In this document: piece by piece, positions 9,799-19,333 of the stretch | Layout of the letters: each line of letters begins with the position of its first letter | Numbering within the stretch: the stretch's first letter is position 1 | The notes under the pieces: model-generated | Databases searched by the model: none | Told to the model about the DNA's origin: nothing | Seen by the model: the letters and a program-made list of their open reading frames with translations, nothing else | Made by a program: the position numbers and the translations under genes | Origin: Acidobacteriota bacterium | GTDB lineage: Bacteria; Acidobacteriota; Vicinamibacteria; Vicinamibacterales; UBA2999 | Assembly: GCA_046765795.1 (NCBI GenBank) | Contig: JBKPRH010000150.1 | Location: 1 to 50,136, forward strand | Direction: 5' to 3' | DNA length: 50,136 bases

Positions 9799-11166
9799 TT
9801 ACCGATCCCAACCCGGCCAGTTCATCCGATGGCGGCGGCGGATGTCTCGCAGTACGCCTGGATAGACGCCACTTTGACGCGCGGCCTCGCCAGCCGTGTC
9901 GACGGCCGCCCGAATTGGCGCAGCGTTGCTATACAACGAGTCGACCCAACCCTGACAATTCAGCGTCGACGCCCCATTGAGGCGGATACCGTTTGTCTCG
10001 AAGACCGAGAACCACGGCCGGTCGCCGCTCCGCGACGAGGACAATACACAGGAGCCCGCGTACTTGTCCCAATACGCGTCGAGCTGTGCGCCGTTCTTAT
10101 CGGCCCACTCGATCACTTGCGCATATGTCTGCTCACCCTTGGCTCGCGCCGAATCGGTCTCGCTCGGGCCGCCCATCGCCTTGGTCAGCGCCGTGAGCGG
10201 CGTTTGAGAGGTATTGCCACTCACTTGGCCATCCAGCAGATCCATGGCGTGATCGATCGCCACTGCGAAGGCGAGGCCTTGACCGGCCTGTGCGGCAACG
10301 GCCAATGAATTCACCCCGATGACCGAGCCGGACCGATCGACGAGTGGCCCGCCGCTGTTGCCCGGATTGATCGCCGCGTCCGTCTGGATGAGCGTGATGT
10401 TGCCAATCTGCCGCACCGCGCTGACGATGCCGCGTGTCACGGTATTCGAGAGCACACCGAGCGCTGACCCGACGGCGATGACCTCCTGGCCGACACGGGC
10501 GTGTGTCACCGAGCCCATCGTCAACACCGGCTGACTCGGGTTCGCACCGTACACCTGAAGCAACGCGAGATCGCTGCCGGTCGAAACCGTCTGCACGCGT
10601 GCGTTGTACGTCGCGGTGCCCACCTGCAGCGTCACCGACGTTTGACCCTGGATGACGTGCGCGTTGGTCAGCACTTGATCGGGCTTGATGAAGAAGCCGG
10701 TCCCGCGCGACGGTCCCGCAGTGATCGACGCGACGGCCGGAAGGATACGGCTGACGACGTCTTCGAGAGACGCGGTCGGGGGCGGGTCTGGTGTGGTCGG
10801 CGTGGACTCCGTTGGTGTGTCCACCAGCGCCGGCGCCGCGTCGGCGACAGGCAATGAGACTTGCGCTGCCGGACCGGCGGCGGTCGCCGCTGCTTTCGCG
10901 GGGACGGGTGCGCTCTCGCGAAGCAGATACAGGGCGACGATTCCGCCAGCGACGATCACCAGCAAGCTCAGAAACACGATGCGGCTCGAGTCCTGCCGCG
11001 GTTGTGCGGGCGGCGGCGGTGCGGACGGCGCCGGTGCGCTGATCGGCGCGTCAGCTGGCGTTTCCGCATGCTGAAACCCGCATCTGCACTCGTCAACACG
11101 TCTCGGCACACGACGGCCGCACGACGGACACGTCCAGGAGACGTTGGTTGAGCCGGGCTGCTTCAT
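9799..11166 (-). CDS. Membrane-anchored trypsin-like serine protease (S1C/HtrA-like catalytic domain) with N-terminal zinc ribbon and no PDZ domain
   Basis: CPSCGRRVPRRVDECRCG zinc-ribbon motif, one TM helix (IVFLSLLVIVAGGIVALYLL) and a P/A-rich linker. Catalytic motifs TNAHV, SDLALL, GNSGGPLV. The C-terminal roughly 130 aa is not recognisable. Confidence 0.8.
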   Translation of the reverse strand: MKQPGSTNVSWTCPSCGRRVPRRVDECRCGFQHAETPADAPISAPAPSAPPPPAQPRQDSSRIVFLSLLVIVAGGIVALYLLRESAPVPAKAAATAAGPAAQVSLPVADAAPALVDTPTESTPTTPDPPPTASLEDVVSRILPAVASITAGPSRGTGFFIKPDQVLTNAHVIQGQTSVTLQVGTATYNARVQTVSTGSDLALLQVYGANPSQPVLTMGSVTHARVGQEVIAVGSALGVLSNTVTRGIVSAVRQIGNITLIQTDAAINPGNSGGPLVDRSGSVIGVNSLAVAAQAGQGLAFAVAIDHAMDLLDGQVSGNTSQTPLTALTKAMGGPSETDSARAKGEQTYAQVIEWADKNGAQLDAYWDKYAGSCVLSSSRSGDRPWFSVFETNGIRLNGASTLNCQGWVDSLYSNAAPIRAAVDTAGEAARQSGVYPGVLRDIRRRHRMNWPGWDR

Positions 11167-11210
11167 GAGTCGCTTGCGGAGACCGGGGCTCGCGAGAGAC
11201 CGACCTCCGT

Positions 11211-12038
11211 CTACGAGTTATCGGGTAGTTCGCCGCGGACCTTCAGGTAAGCGCGGAGCCACGGCAGCCATGCTGGATGATGTTTGGCGTAGAAGGCGAG
11301 CTGACTGCGACGATATGCCGCGGCGGTCGTCGCGCCGGCGGATCGCCCGCGCAGGTGCTGGATTTCGACGTCAGCGACGAAGAGCACTTTTCGCCCACGC
11401 GTGCGCACCGATGCACAGAGATCCACATCCTCGGTGTAGAGAAAGAAGCGTTCGTCGAGGAGTCCAGCGGCTTCGAGATCGGCGCGACGAATCAGCAGGC
11501 ACGCGCCGCTGACCCAATCGACCGCGTGCGTGTGCCGCGTCATGCGATCGACCATCGTGACGATCGGTCGCACGCCTCGGTCGTTGCCGACCACGAGCGC
11601 CTTCTGTCTCAACTCCGTCAGCGGTGCAATCATCGACCCAAACGACAGCTCGGCTCGCCCCTCGCCATCCACGATCCGCGGCCCGACGATCGCGGCCTCG
11701 CGACGCGCATCGAGATGCGCCACCAATCGATCGATGGCTCCCGGCGGAACACTCGTATCGGGATTGAGCAGTAACACGAGCTCCGACGAGGACTCACGAA
11801 TGCCGCGATTGTTGGCGGCGGCGAATCCCAGATTGCTGCGCGACGCGATCAGCCTGACGCCAGGCCAGGATGTACGAATGCGCGTGACCGTGTCGTCGGT
11901 GGAGGCGTTGTCCACGATGACAATCTCGTGCGTGGTCGCCGGAGGCGGGTCGGTGAGCGACCGCAACACGCGGTCGATGTCGCGTGCCGAGTTGTAGGTG
12001 ACGATGACGATGGTGACGCGCGGAGCAGCAGTCGTCAT
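11211..12038 (-). CDS. Glycosyltransferase family 2
   Basis: VTIVIVTYNSARDI, DNASTDDT and a DxD-like EDVDL. Start set at ATG 12038, which forms an ATGA overlap with the upstream stop. The maximal ORF reaches 12089. Confidence 0.8.
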   Translation of the reverse strand: MTTAAPRVTIVIVTYNSARDIDRVLRSLTDPPPATTHEIVIVDNASTDDTVTRIRTSWPGVRLIASRSNLGFAAANNRGIRESSSELVLLLNPDTSVPPGAIDRLVAHLDARREAAIVGPRIVDGEGRAELSFGSMIAPLTELRQKALVVGNDRGVRPIVTMVDRMTRHTHAVDWVSGACLLIRRADLEAAGLLDERFFLYTEDVDLCASVRTRGRKVLFVADVEIQHLRGRSAGATTAAAYRRSQLAFYAKHHPAWLPWLRAYLKVRGELPDNS

Positions 12039-13105
12039 TTCGCGCACGCCAACAGCACCTGCAACGTGCGCCGCGCGCACTCGTCCCACGAATATCGCTC
12101 GACCTGCGCTTTGCCCGCTTCGACAAGACGCTGTCGCACGATCTGGTCTTCGAGGACCCGTTCGAGGGCGGTGGCAATCATCGATGGCTCGGGTTGTGCG
12201 ACGTACTCCGCCGCCGGGCCATAGATCTCGCGACCAATTTCGGTATCGAGCACGACCACCGGGATTCCACCGGCCATCGCTTCGAGCGGAGTGAGCCCGA
12301 AACCCTCATACTCCGACAGAAAGGCAAACGCCGATGCCCGTGCGTATAGCGACGAGAGCTCGGCGTCGGAGACGTATTGCCGTGCCCGAATCCGATCACG
12401 AGCCTCCGAGCGCGCGATGAGCGCATCGACATCGATCGCCGGCAGCGTGCGATTGTCGCCGACAATCTCGAGCCGCGCAGTGGGGTGGTGTGCTGCCAGT
12501 TGGGAAAACCCCTCGATCAATTCCGGGACGTGGCGACGATTGAACAACGAACCGACGTAGAGCACGAGCGGCTCACGCGTGGCTTGCGTCCGCAGCGTCG
12601 TCGTCCCCAGATAGATCACGTCCACGCGCGATTGATCCAGGCCGAGATAGCGAACGGCTTCGCGTTTGGTGAAGTCCGACTGCGTGAGGACACGGGCCGC
12701 GCGTTTGGCGCTGGCTTTTGTCAATACTCGACGACGGACGCCTTCACGCCAGGAAAACCATTCGGGATGCGCGACGAACGAGACGTCGTGCACCGTCAGC
12801 ACGACGGGCACAGGACTCGTCAGCGGTGCGGTGTAGGCGGGAGCGAACAGAACGTCGGCGCGCGCTTGTCTGATCAGACCAGGTAGCACCAGCTGCTCCC
12901 ACATCGTCCCGTGTCCACTGGCCGAAAGGCGCGATACGGTAAGCGGTGCCCAGCCCGCATCGGAATGTTGGTCGGGGGAACAGAGGATGAATTCGTGAGC
13001 GGTCGCGCCGGGGAGCTTGGTCCAGGCCGAAAGAATCTGAGACAAATATCGGCCGACGCCGGTCGGCTTGCCGGCGAGCTCGCGCGCATCGATGGCGATT
13101 CGCAT
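12035..13105 (-). CDS. Glycosyltransferase family 4-like
   Basis: MRIAIDARELAGKPTGVGRY start at 13105. LSEYEGFGLTPLEAMAGGIPVV motif. The upstream ORF extension to 13213 overlaps the preceding gene and is rejected. Confidence 0.8.
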   Translation of the reverse strand: MRIAIDARELAGKPTGVGRYLSQILSAWTKLPGATAHEFILCSPDQHSDAGWAPLTVSRLSASGHGTMWEQLVLPGLIRQARADVLFAPAYTAPLTSPVPVVLTVHDVSFVAHPEWFSWREGVRRRVLTKASAKRAARVLTQSDFTKREAVRYLGLDQSRVDVIYLGTTTLRTQATREPLVLYVGSLFNRRHVPELIEGFSQLAAHHPTARLEIVGDNRTLPAIDVDALIARSEARDRIRARQYVSDAELSSLYARASAFAFLSEYEGFGLTPLEAMAGGIPVVVLDTEIGREIYGPAAEYVAQPEPSMIATALERVLEDQIVRQRLVEAGKAQVERYSWDECARRTLQVLLACAK

Positions 13106-13110
13106 CGTGA

Positions 13111-14223
13111 TTAGCGCGCTCCTCGACGGGCAACGGCATCCCGGTAGGCCTGTGCGAGTGTGGCGGCCGTCCCTTCCCACGTGAACGCTTTTGCCCGATC
13201 GAGACCCGCGCACGCCAGGTCGCGCGCCATAACGTCATCACCCGCGAGGCGATCGATGACCGACGCCCACTGGTCAGTGTCGTGGGGTTCGATGAGGAGT
13301 CCACCCTTTGCGACGACTTCTGGCAACGAGCCGCGATTGGAAGCGACTAGCGGCACGCCGGCCGACATGGCTTCAAGTGCTGTCAACCCGAAGCCCTCAT
13401 CGAGCGACGGGAGCAAGAGCATCCGCGCCCCTGCAAACAGCGCTTCACGCCGCTCGTCGGTGACGTAGCCGACATATTCAACGGCGTCTTTGAGTGGGGG
13501 CTGCGCGATGCGCGCGAGCCACTCCTTCGCGTCGGCGGTGGCGCTTCCGGCGATCACGAGTTTCGGCCTCTGCCCTGACTGAGCCAATCGCGTGAAGGCA
13601 TCGAGGACCACGCCGACGTTCTTACGTGCTTCGAGCGTGCCCAAGAGCAGTGCGTATCCCTTGGACGGCACATTCGGGCCACGGCCGAGCGTCATCCAGG
13701 CCGGCGCGCCGGGCGGGCAGCAGTAGACGCGATCCTGCGCAACTCCGAAGCGCTCAACGATCTGGCGGTGCGTGCGAACCGACGACGTAATGATGGCGTC
13801 GGCGCGCCGCGCATGCTCGGGCGCCAATTCCGGATAGTCGCGCCGGATCTCGTCGCGCACGCGTTCCGGATGATCGAGGAAGAAGAGGTCGTGAATCGTG
13901 ACGATCTGGGCTGCATGCCGCGATGGAATCAGCAGCGGATGCGCTGCATGGACGACGTCCACGCGTCCAGCCAACAGTTCGACCGGCGGCCATTCTCGGC
14001 GATGCCAGAAGTAGTTGAGGACTGATACCGGAACCCGGCGATCGACGACGGCGGCTCGAAGCTCAGCACCGAGTGTCGGTGCGGGCCGATCCTTCCAGGA
14101 ACTTGTGAAGAGCGCGAGGTCGTCGCGATGAGTGACCGTGTACGCCTGCACGAGACGCCGGATGTACTCGCCGACACCTGTGCGTGCGCGTAAGGCCGGT
14201 CGGTAGTCCACGAGAATCCGCAT
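13111..14223 (-). CDS. Glycosyltransferase family 4-like
   Basis: MRILVDYRPALRARTGVGEY start at 14223. PSLDEGFGLTALEAMSAGVPLV motif. Confidence 0.8.
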   Translation of the reverse strand: MRILVDYRPALRARTGVGEYIRRLVQAYTVTHRDDLALFTSSWKDRPAPTLGAELRAAVVDRRVPVSVLNYFWHRREWPPVELLAGRVDVVHAAHPLLIPSRHAAQIVTIHDLFFLDHPERVRDEIRRDYPELAPEHARRADAIITSSVRTHRQIVERFGVAQDRVYCCPPGAPAWMTLGRGPNVPSKGYALLLGTLEARKNVGVVLDAFTRLAQSGQRPKLVIAGSATADAKEWLARIAQPPLKDAVEYVGYVTDERREALFAGARMLLLPSLDEGFGLTALEAMSAGVPLVASNRGSLPEVVAKGGLLIEPHDTDQWASVIDRLAGDDVMARDLACAGLDRAKAFTWEGTAATLAQAYRDAVARRGAR

Positions 14224-14287
14224 CCGCCGGTATGATAGCCTCTGCTGTTTTTTTACATGTGGCGCGTGGCGCACACGCGGGAGGCTC

Positions 14288-15586
14288 ATGCGAATCGCCG
14301 TCGTGGGGACTGGGTATGTAGGACTGGTAGCGGGCGCGTGTTTCGCCGAATCAGGCAACGATGTCGTCTGCGTGGACAAGGACGAGACCAAGATTCGAAC
14401 GCTCAAGCGCGGCAAGATGCCCATCTACGAGCCGGGTCTCGAGGAGTTGGTTCGCCGCAATCGCAGCGAGGGACGGCTGACATTCACGACCACCTTGCCG
14501 AAGGCCGTGCGTGATTCGCAGGTGGTCTTCATTGCGGTCGGGACCCCGCAAGGCGAGGACGGTTCCGCAGACCTGAAGCACGTGCTCGGCGTGGCCGGCG
14601 AGATTGCCAAGGCGATGAACGGCTACAAGGTGATCGTGGACAAGAGCACCGTGCCGGTCGGGACGAGCCTGAAAGTCCGCGAAGTGATCCGCCGGAACAC
14701 GACCCACCCGTTCAGCGTGGTCAGCAACCCGGAGTTTCTGAAGCAGGGCGCGGCGATTGACGACTTCATGAAGCCGGATCGCGTCGTGATCGGCGCCGAG
14801 GATGCGCGCGCGCAGGAGATCATGCTGGAGCTCTACAGCCCGTTCACGCGCACGGGCGCGCCGATCATGGTGATGGACTGTGCCAGCGCCGAGCTCGCGA
14901 AGTATGCGGCCAACGCGATGCTCGCGTCGCGCATCTCGTTCATGAACGAAGTGGCCAACGTCTGCGAGCTCGTTGGTGCCGACGTCGATCAAGTGCGCCG
15001 GGCCATTGGCTCCGATCGCCGCATCGGCAACGCGTTTTTGTTTCCCGGCGTCGGCTACGGCGGCAGCTGCTTTCCCAAGGACGTGCAGGCGATGATTCGT
15101 TTCGCCTCCGATCAGAACTACGAGTTCAAGATTCTCGAGGCGGTCGAACGCGTCAACCAACTCCAGAAGGGACGTCTCTTCACCAAGATCAAAAAGCACT
15201 TCGGGAATCTGAAGGGCAAGACCGTCGCGGTCTGGGGGTTGTCGTTCAAGCCCAAGACCGACGATATGCGTGAGGCGCCGGCGATTCCTCTGATCGAATC
15301 CTTGATCAGCGCTGGGGCGACCGTGCAGGTGCACGATCCGGAGGCCATGAAGGTCGCGCGCGGCCTCTTCGGATCGAAAATCACCTATGCCACAAACAAC
15401 TACGATGCGCTCAAGGGCGCGGACTGCCTGGCCATCGTGACCGAATGGAACGAGTTCCGCCGGCCTGATTTCGAGCGGATGCGATCGCTGATGCGGTCGC
15501 CGGTCATCTTTGATGGCCGCAACCTGTTCACTCCCGACCAGATGAAGCAAAGCCGATTCACCTATTACTCCATTGGCCGCAACTGA
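14288..15586 (+). CDS. ugd: UDP-glucose 6-dehydrogenase
   Basis: MRIAVVGTGYVGLV NAD-binding fold. Catalytic GGSCFPKD. GGGAGG Shine-Dalgarno (SD) sequence upstream. Confidence 0.9.
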   Translation: MRIAVVGTGYVGLVAGACFAESGNDVVCVDKDETKIRTLKRGKMPIYEPGLEELVRRNRSEGRLTFTTTLPKAVRDSQVVFIAVGTPQGEDGSADLKHVLGVAGEIAKAMNGYKVIVDKSTVPVGTSLKVREVIRRNTTHPFSVVSNPEFLKQGAAIDDFMKPDRVVIGAEDARAQEIMLELYSPFTRTGAPIMVMDCASAELAKYAANAMLASRISFMNEVANVCELVGADVDQVRRAIGSDRRIGNAFLFPGVGYGGSCFPKDVQAMIRFASDQNYEFKILEAVERVNQLQKGRLFTKIKKHFGNLKGKTVAVWGLSFKPKTDDMREAPAIPLIESLISAGATVQVHDPEAMKVARGLFGSKITYATNNYDALKGADCLAIVTEWNEFRRPDFERMRSLMRSPVIFDGRNLFTPDQMKQSRFTYYSIGRN

Positions 15587-16580
15587 TCTGCCAGCCGTCC
15601 TCGTCACCGGCGGCGCCGGGTACATTGGCAGTCACGCTGCCAAGGCGCTTCGGCGTGCCGGTCACCGCGTCGTCATCTACGACAATTTCTCCGCCGGGCA
15701 TCGCGGTGCCGCGCTCGACGCGCCCGTGATCGAAGGCGACATCGGCGACGTCGCCGCAGTGCGGCGTGCGATTCGCGAGAGCGGGGCGACGGCCGTCATG
15801 CATTTCGCCGCATGGCTCTCGGTGCCCGATTCGGTGCGCGACCCAAGCGGGTATTACCGCAACAACGTGGTCGGGACCCTCGCGACGCTCGAGGCGATGG
15901 CAGCGGAGGGGTGCCGCCATTTCGTGTTCTCCTCGACCTGCGCTGTGTACGGCGAGCCGATCGAAACGCCACTGAGCGAGACGCATCCGACCGCGCCAAT
16001 CAACGCCTACGGCCAGACAAAGCTGGCGGTCGAGCACGCGCTGCCGCACTTCGAACGCGCCTATGGGATTAGGTCGATCCGGCTGCGGTACTTCAATGCC
16101 GCCGGCGCCGACCCCGACGGCGAACTGGGTGAGGATCACTCGCCGGAGATTCACGTGATCCCGCGCGCGCTCGAAGCCGCGGCAACCGGCCAGCCGATCG
16201 ACATCTTCGGAGAGGATTACCCGACACCCGACGGGACCTGTCTTCGCGACTACATTCACGTCGCCGATCTGGCGGATGCCCACATTCGGGCGCTTGCGCG
16301 TTTGTCGCAGGGCGGAGCGTCGGCCAGCTACAACGTCGGCACCGAAAAACCCTCGTCAGTGAAAGATGTGATTGCCGCGGTCGAGCGGGTCACTGGCAAG
16401 ACGTTGACGCGGCGCTCGGCGCCGCGGCGTCCCGGCGACCCGGCCGTGCTGTACGCATCGGCACAGCGGATTCGGCAGGACCTGGGCTGGACGCCGAAAC
16501 ACGCCGATCTCGACTCCATCGTGCGCGATGCCTGGCGCTGGCACAGCGCACATCCGCACGGATTCGGGGATCGTTCCTGA
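15573..16580 (+). CDS. galE: UDP-glucose 4-epimerase
   Basis: VTGGAGYIGSH, SSTCAVYG, YGQTKL (YxxxK), DGTCLRDYIHVADLA. Overlaps ugd by 14 nt; TTG start is uncertain. Confidence 0.9.
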   Translation: MAATDLPAVLVTGGAGYIGSHAAKALRRAGHRVVIYDNFSAGHRGAALDAPVIEGDIGDVAAVRRAIRESGATAVMHFAAWLSVPDSVRDPSGYYRNNVVGTLATLEAMAAEGCRHFVFSSTCAVYGEPIETPLSETHPTAPINAYGQTKLAVEHALPHFERAYGIRSIRLRYFNAAGADPDGELGEDHSPEIHVIPRALEAAATGQPIDIFGEDYPTPDGTCLRDYIHVADLADAHIRALARLSQGGASASYNVGTEKPSSVKDVIAAVERVTGKTLTRRSAPRRPGDPAVLYASAQRIRQDLGWTPKHADLDSIVRDAWRWHSAHPHGFGDRS

Positions 16581-16700
16581 CCGGTGGTATGTCTTTCGTG
16601 GATGACTACCGGGCGCTCCGTTCTCGCGGCCGGATAATCTTCGTCGAAGGCCTGTTGTGACTGTTACTCCTTCAGCGTATACGGACCACAGGTTGACCCG

Positions 16701-18440
16701 GTGAGCTCGCTTTACCGTCTTCTCGCGTATGCGCGGCCACATCGGGCGCGGCTCGCGGGGGCGCTGGTGGCGATGGTCATCTACGCCGCGGCATCGGCCA
16801 AGCTGGCGACGCTCGTCAAACCGATCTTCGACAGCGTGCTGCCTGCGCGCGAGCGGCTGGTCTCGACCATTGTCTCGATCCTCATCGTGTACGCCGCCAA
16901 GGGCATTGGCGCGTATCTCTCGCAGTATTTGATGACGGATGTCGGGCAGCGCGTCGTCCGCGACCTGCGCAATCGGATGTTCCGCCACATGATTGGACAG
17001 TCGGCGGCATTTTTCACGACTCAGACCACTGGCCGCCTCATGTCGCGCATCACCAACGATGTGTCGCTGGTGCAGCGCGTCGTGTCGGACACGATCGGTG
17101 ATCTGGCGCGCGAATCGTTGACGCTGATCGGCTATCTGGCCGTGTTGATCTATTACGACGCCCGGCTGACGGTCGTCTGTCTGACGAGCGCGCCGCTGAT
17201 CGTGTATCCGCTCGTGCGGCTCGGTCAGCGAGTACGGCGTACGACGCGGCGCACGCAGGAGGCCCAGGAGCAGATGGCTCACGTCAGCGCCGAAGCGCTG
17301 ACTGGTCATCGCATCGTCAAGGCGTTCGGCGCGGAAGCGCGCGAGGCGGCGAAGTTCGAGAAGTCATCCGAGCGGTTCTATCGCACGAGCATGCGTGTGA
17401 CGAGCGTGCTCTCGATGCTGCCGCCGCTGATGGAAATGATCGGCGGCGTGGCGTTCGCGACCGCGCTGTGGGTCGGCAGCCAGGAAATCGCTGCGAAGCG
17501 GCTGACTACCGGCGAGTTCGTCGTGTTCATCACCGCGTTGTTCCTGATGTACGCGCCGGCTCGCAAGTTGAGCCGCGTCAACGCGGATCTGCAGCAGGCA
17601 GCGGCAGCCTCCGAGCGCATCTTCGAGATCCTCGACACGCACAGCGAAGTCCAGGAGCGGCCCGATGCCGCCGTGATGCCCCGGTTCTCGCGGGCTATCG
17701 AGTTTCGTGATGTCTACTTCAAGTACGGCGAAGGCTATGACCCCACGCTGCAGGGCGTGACGTTGACGATTGGTTCGGGTCAGATGCTCGCTATCGTCGG
17801 CCGCAGCGGCGCCGGCAAGACGACGATGGTCAATCTGCTGCCGCGGTTCTATGACGTGACGACCGGCGCGATTCTGATTGACGGCCGCGACGTCCGCGAC
17901 GTGACGCTCGCATCGTTGCGCTCGCAGATCGGTCTCGTCACACAGGAGACCGTCCTTTTCGATGACACCGTGGCCGGGAACATCGCCTACGGTGTACCTC
18001 AGGCGACGCGGGACACGATCGAGGCGGCCGCTCGGGCGGCGCATGCCCACGAGTTCATCCTCGGGCTCGATCACGGCTACGAGACCATGATCGGCGAGCG
18101 GGGCAACCGGCTGTCGGGCGGTCAGCGTCAGCGGCTCGCGATCGCCCGCGCCATCCTGCGCGATTCACCGATTCTGATTCTGGATGAGGCCACCTCGTCC
18201 CTCGACACCGAATCGGAGGCGCTGGTGCAGGACGCCCTGGTGGCGCTGATGCGGAACCGTACGTCGTTCGTCATCGCCCATCGGCTCTCCACCGTCCGGC
18301 GCGCCGACGCGATCGTCGTGCTGGAGAAGGGGCGCATCGTCGAGTGCGGCACGCACGATGAACTGATGGCGCGACGAGGCGCCTATGCGAAACTCTACGA
18401 ACTGCAGTTCGTAGACGAATCACCGGAGATAGAAACGTAG
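16701..18440 (+). CDS. ABC exporter, fused permease-ATPase (MsbA/PglK-type lipid or lipid-linked glycan flippase)
   Basis: Six-TM exporter domain followed by an NBD: Walker A GRSGAGKTT, signature LSGGQRQR, Walker B ILILDEATS. Confidence 0.85.
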   Translation: MSSLYRLLAYARPHRARLAGALVAMVIYAAASAKLATLVKPIFDSVLPARERLVSTIVSILIVYAAKGIGAYLSQYLMTDVGQRVVRDLRNRMFRHMIGQSAAFFTTQTTGRLMSRITNDVSLVQRVVSDTIGDLARESLTLIGYLAVLIYYDARLTVVCLTSAPLIVYPLVRLGQRVRRTTRRTQEAQEQMAHVSAEALTGHRIVKAFGAEAREAAKFEKSSERFYRTSMRVTSVLSMLPPLMEMIGGVAFATALWVGSQEIAAKRLTTGEFVVFITALFLMYAPARKLSRVNADLQQAAAASERIFEILDTHSEVQERPDAAVMPRFSRAIEFRDVYFKYGEGYDPTLQGVTLTIGSGQMLAIVGRSGAGKTTMVNLLPRFYDVTTGAILIDGRDVRDVTLASLRSQIGLVTQETVLFDDTVAGNIAYGVPQATRDTIEAAARAAHAHEFILGLDHGYETMIGERGNRLSGGQRQRLAIARAILRDSPILILDEATSSLDTESEALVQDALVALMRNRTSFVIAHRLSTVRRADAIVVLEKGRIVECGTHDELMARRGAYAKLYELQFVDESPEIET

Positions 18441-19333
18441 TGATTAAGTCCATGACCGGCTTCGCCTCGCTGACGCACGAGGACGAGCGCGCCACGATCG
18501 CGGTCACGCTGCGAGCGGTGAACCATCGCTTTCTGGACTTGCAGCTCCGGTTGCCCCAATCGTTTGCTGACGTCGAGCCGCGGGTGCGATCGCTGCTGCA
18601 GAAGCGGCTCGCACGCGGCCGCGTCGAGCTGGGGATCAGCGTCCAGGTGCGCAACAACACGACACCCAGCGTCGAGTTGAACGAGGAGTTCGCCAGCGCA
18701 CTCAATGCCGCCATTGAACAGGCACGCAGTCGCGGGTTGGTCTCAGGCACCTTGTCGCCCGGGGATCTGCTGCGTCTGCCGCAGGCGCTCACCGTTCGTG
18801 AGCGGCCGTCTGAAGCCGATCCCGCAGGAGAGGCGCGTCTCGCGAGCAGCATCGAGTCTGCTGTCGAGCAGGCACTCGCCGATCTGGATGCGATGCGTGT
18901 GCGAGAGGGTGGGCACCTGCGGACCGACCTCGATGGCCGTCAACAGGCGCTGGCCATGTTGATCGAGGGGTTGCGAGTGGCGGCCGAAGACGGACGGGTG
19001 GAACTCGAGCGGCGTCTGCGCGAGCGGGTCGACGAGATCACGCTGGAGTTGCCCGTCGATCAGGCGATGATTGCGCAGGAGATCGTCCGCGCCGCACAGC
19101 GATCCGATATCAGCGAAGAGGTAACCAGGTTCCGGGCGCACCTGGCGCACTGGACCGCGCTCGTGGACGGCGACGAGCCGTGCGGACGCAAGCTGGATTT
19201 TCTGCTCCAGGAGATGAACCGGGAGATCAACACCATCGGCGCCAAGGCCGACGGCCTGGGCGTGTCGGAACTCATCATCAACGCCAAGGCGGAGCTCGAG
19301 CGGATGCGCGAGCAGGTCCAGAATGTCGAATAG
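18440..19333 (+). CDS. yicC: YicC family protein (stress-induced endoribonuclease family)
   Basis: MIKSMTGFA N-terminus and C-terminal REINTIGAKA motif typical of YicC. GTG start shares 1 nt with the upstream stop. Confidence 0.85.
   Translation: MIKSMTGFASLTHEDERATIAVTLRAVNHRFLDLQLRLPQSFADVEPRVRSLLQKRLARGRVELGISVQVRNNTTPSVELNEEFASALNAAIEQARSRGLVSGTLSPGDLLRLPQALTVRERPSEADPAGEARLASSIESAVEQALADLDAMRVREGGHLRTDLDGRQQALAMLIEGLRVAAEDGRVELERRLRERVDEITLELPVDQAMIAQEIVRAAQRSDISEEVTRFRAHLAHWTALVDGDEPCGRKLDFLLQEMNREINTIGAKADGLGVSELIINAKAELERMREQVQNVE

Noticed and set aside
13106-13213. Extensions of the two GT4 ORFs (to 13213 and to 14424) that give long N-terminal tails.
   Set aside because: The canonical GT4 N-termini MRIAIDAR and MRILVDYR occur at internal ATGs that sit neatly after the preceding stop codons. 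The extensions overlap neighbours or promoter DNA.
14224-14287. Divergent promoter between the GT4 gene and ugd (TATGAT at 14231-14236, T7 tract).
   Set aside because: No acceptable -35 element at 16-18 nt spacing. I could not support a specific promoter call, so it is left unannotated.
14351-15625. 424-aa ORF antisense to ugd. Similar long antisense ORFs: 2143..3195, 6227..7162, 16356..17309, 35973..37016, 43719..44972, 47845..48708, 20537..21484.
   Set aside because: Each lies opposite a gene with unmistakable family motifs. The translations are Arg/Ala/Gly/His-rich low-complexity strings with no motifs. Stop-free antisense frames are expected in GC-rich DNA.
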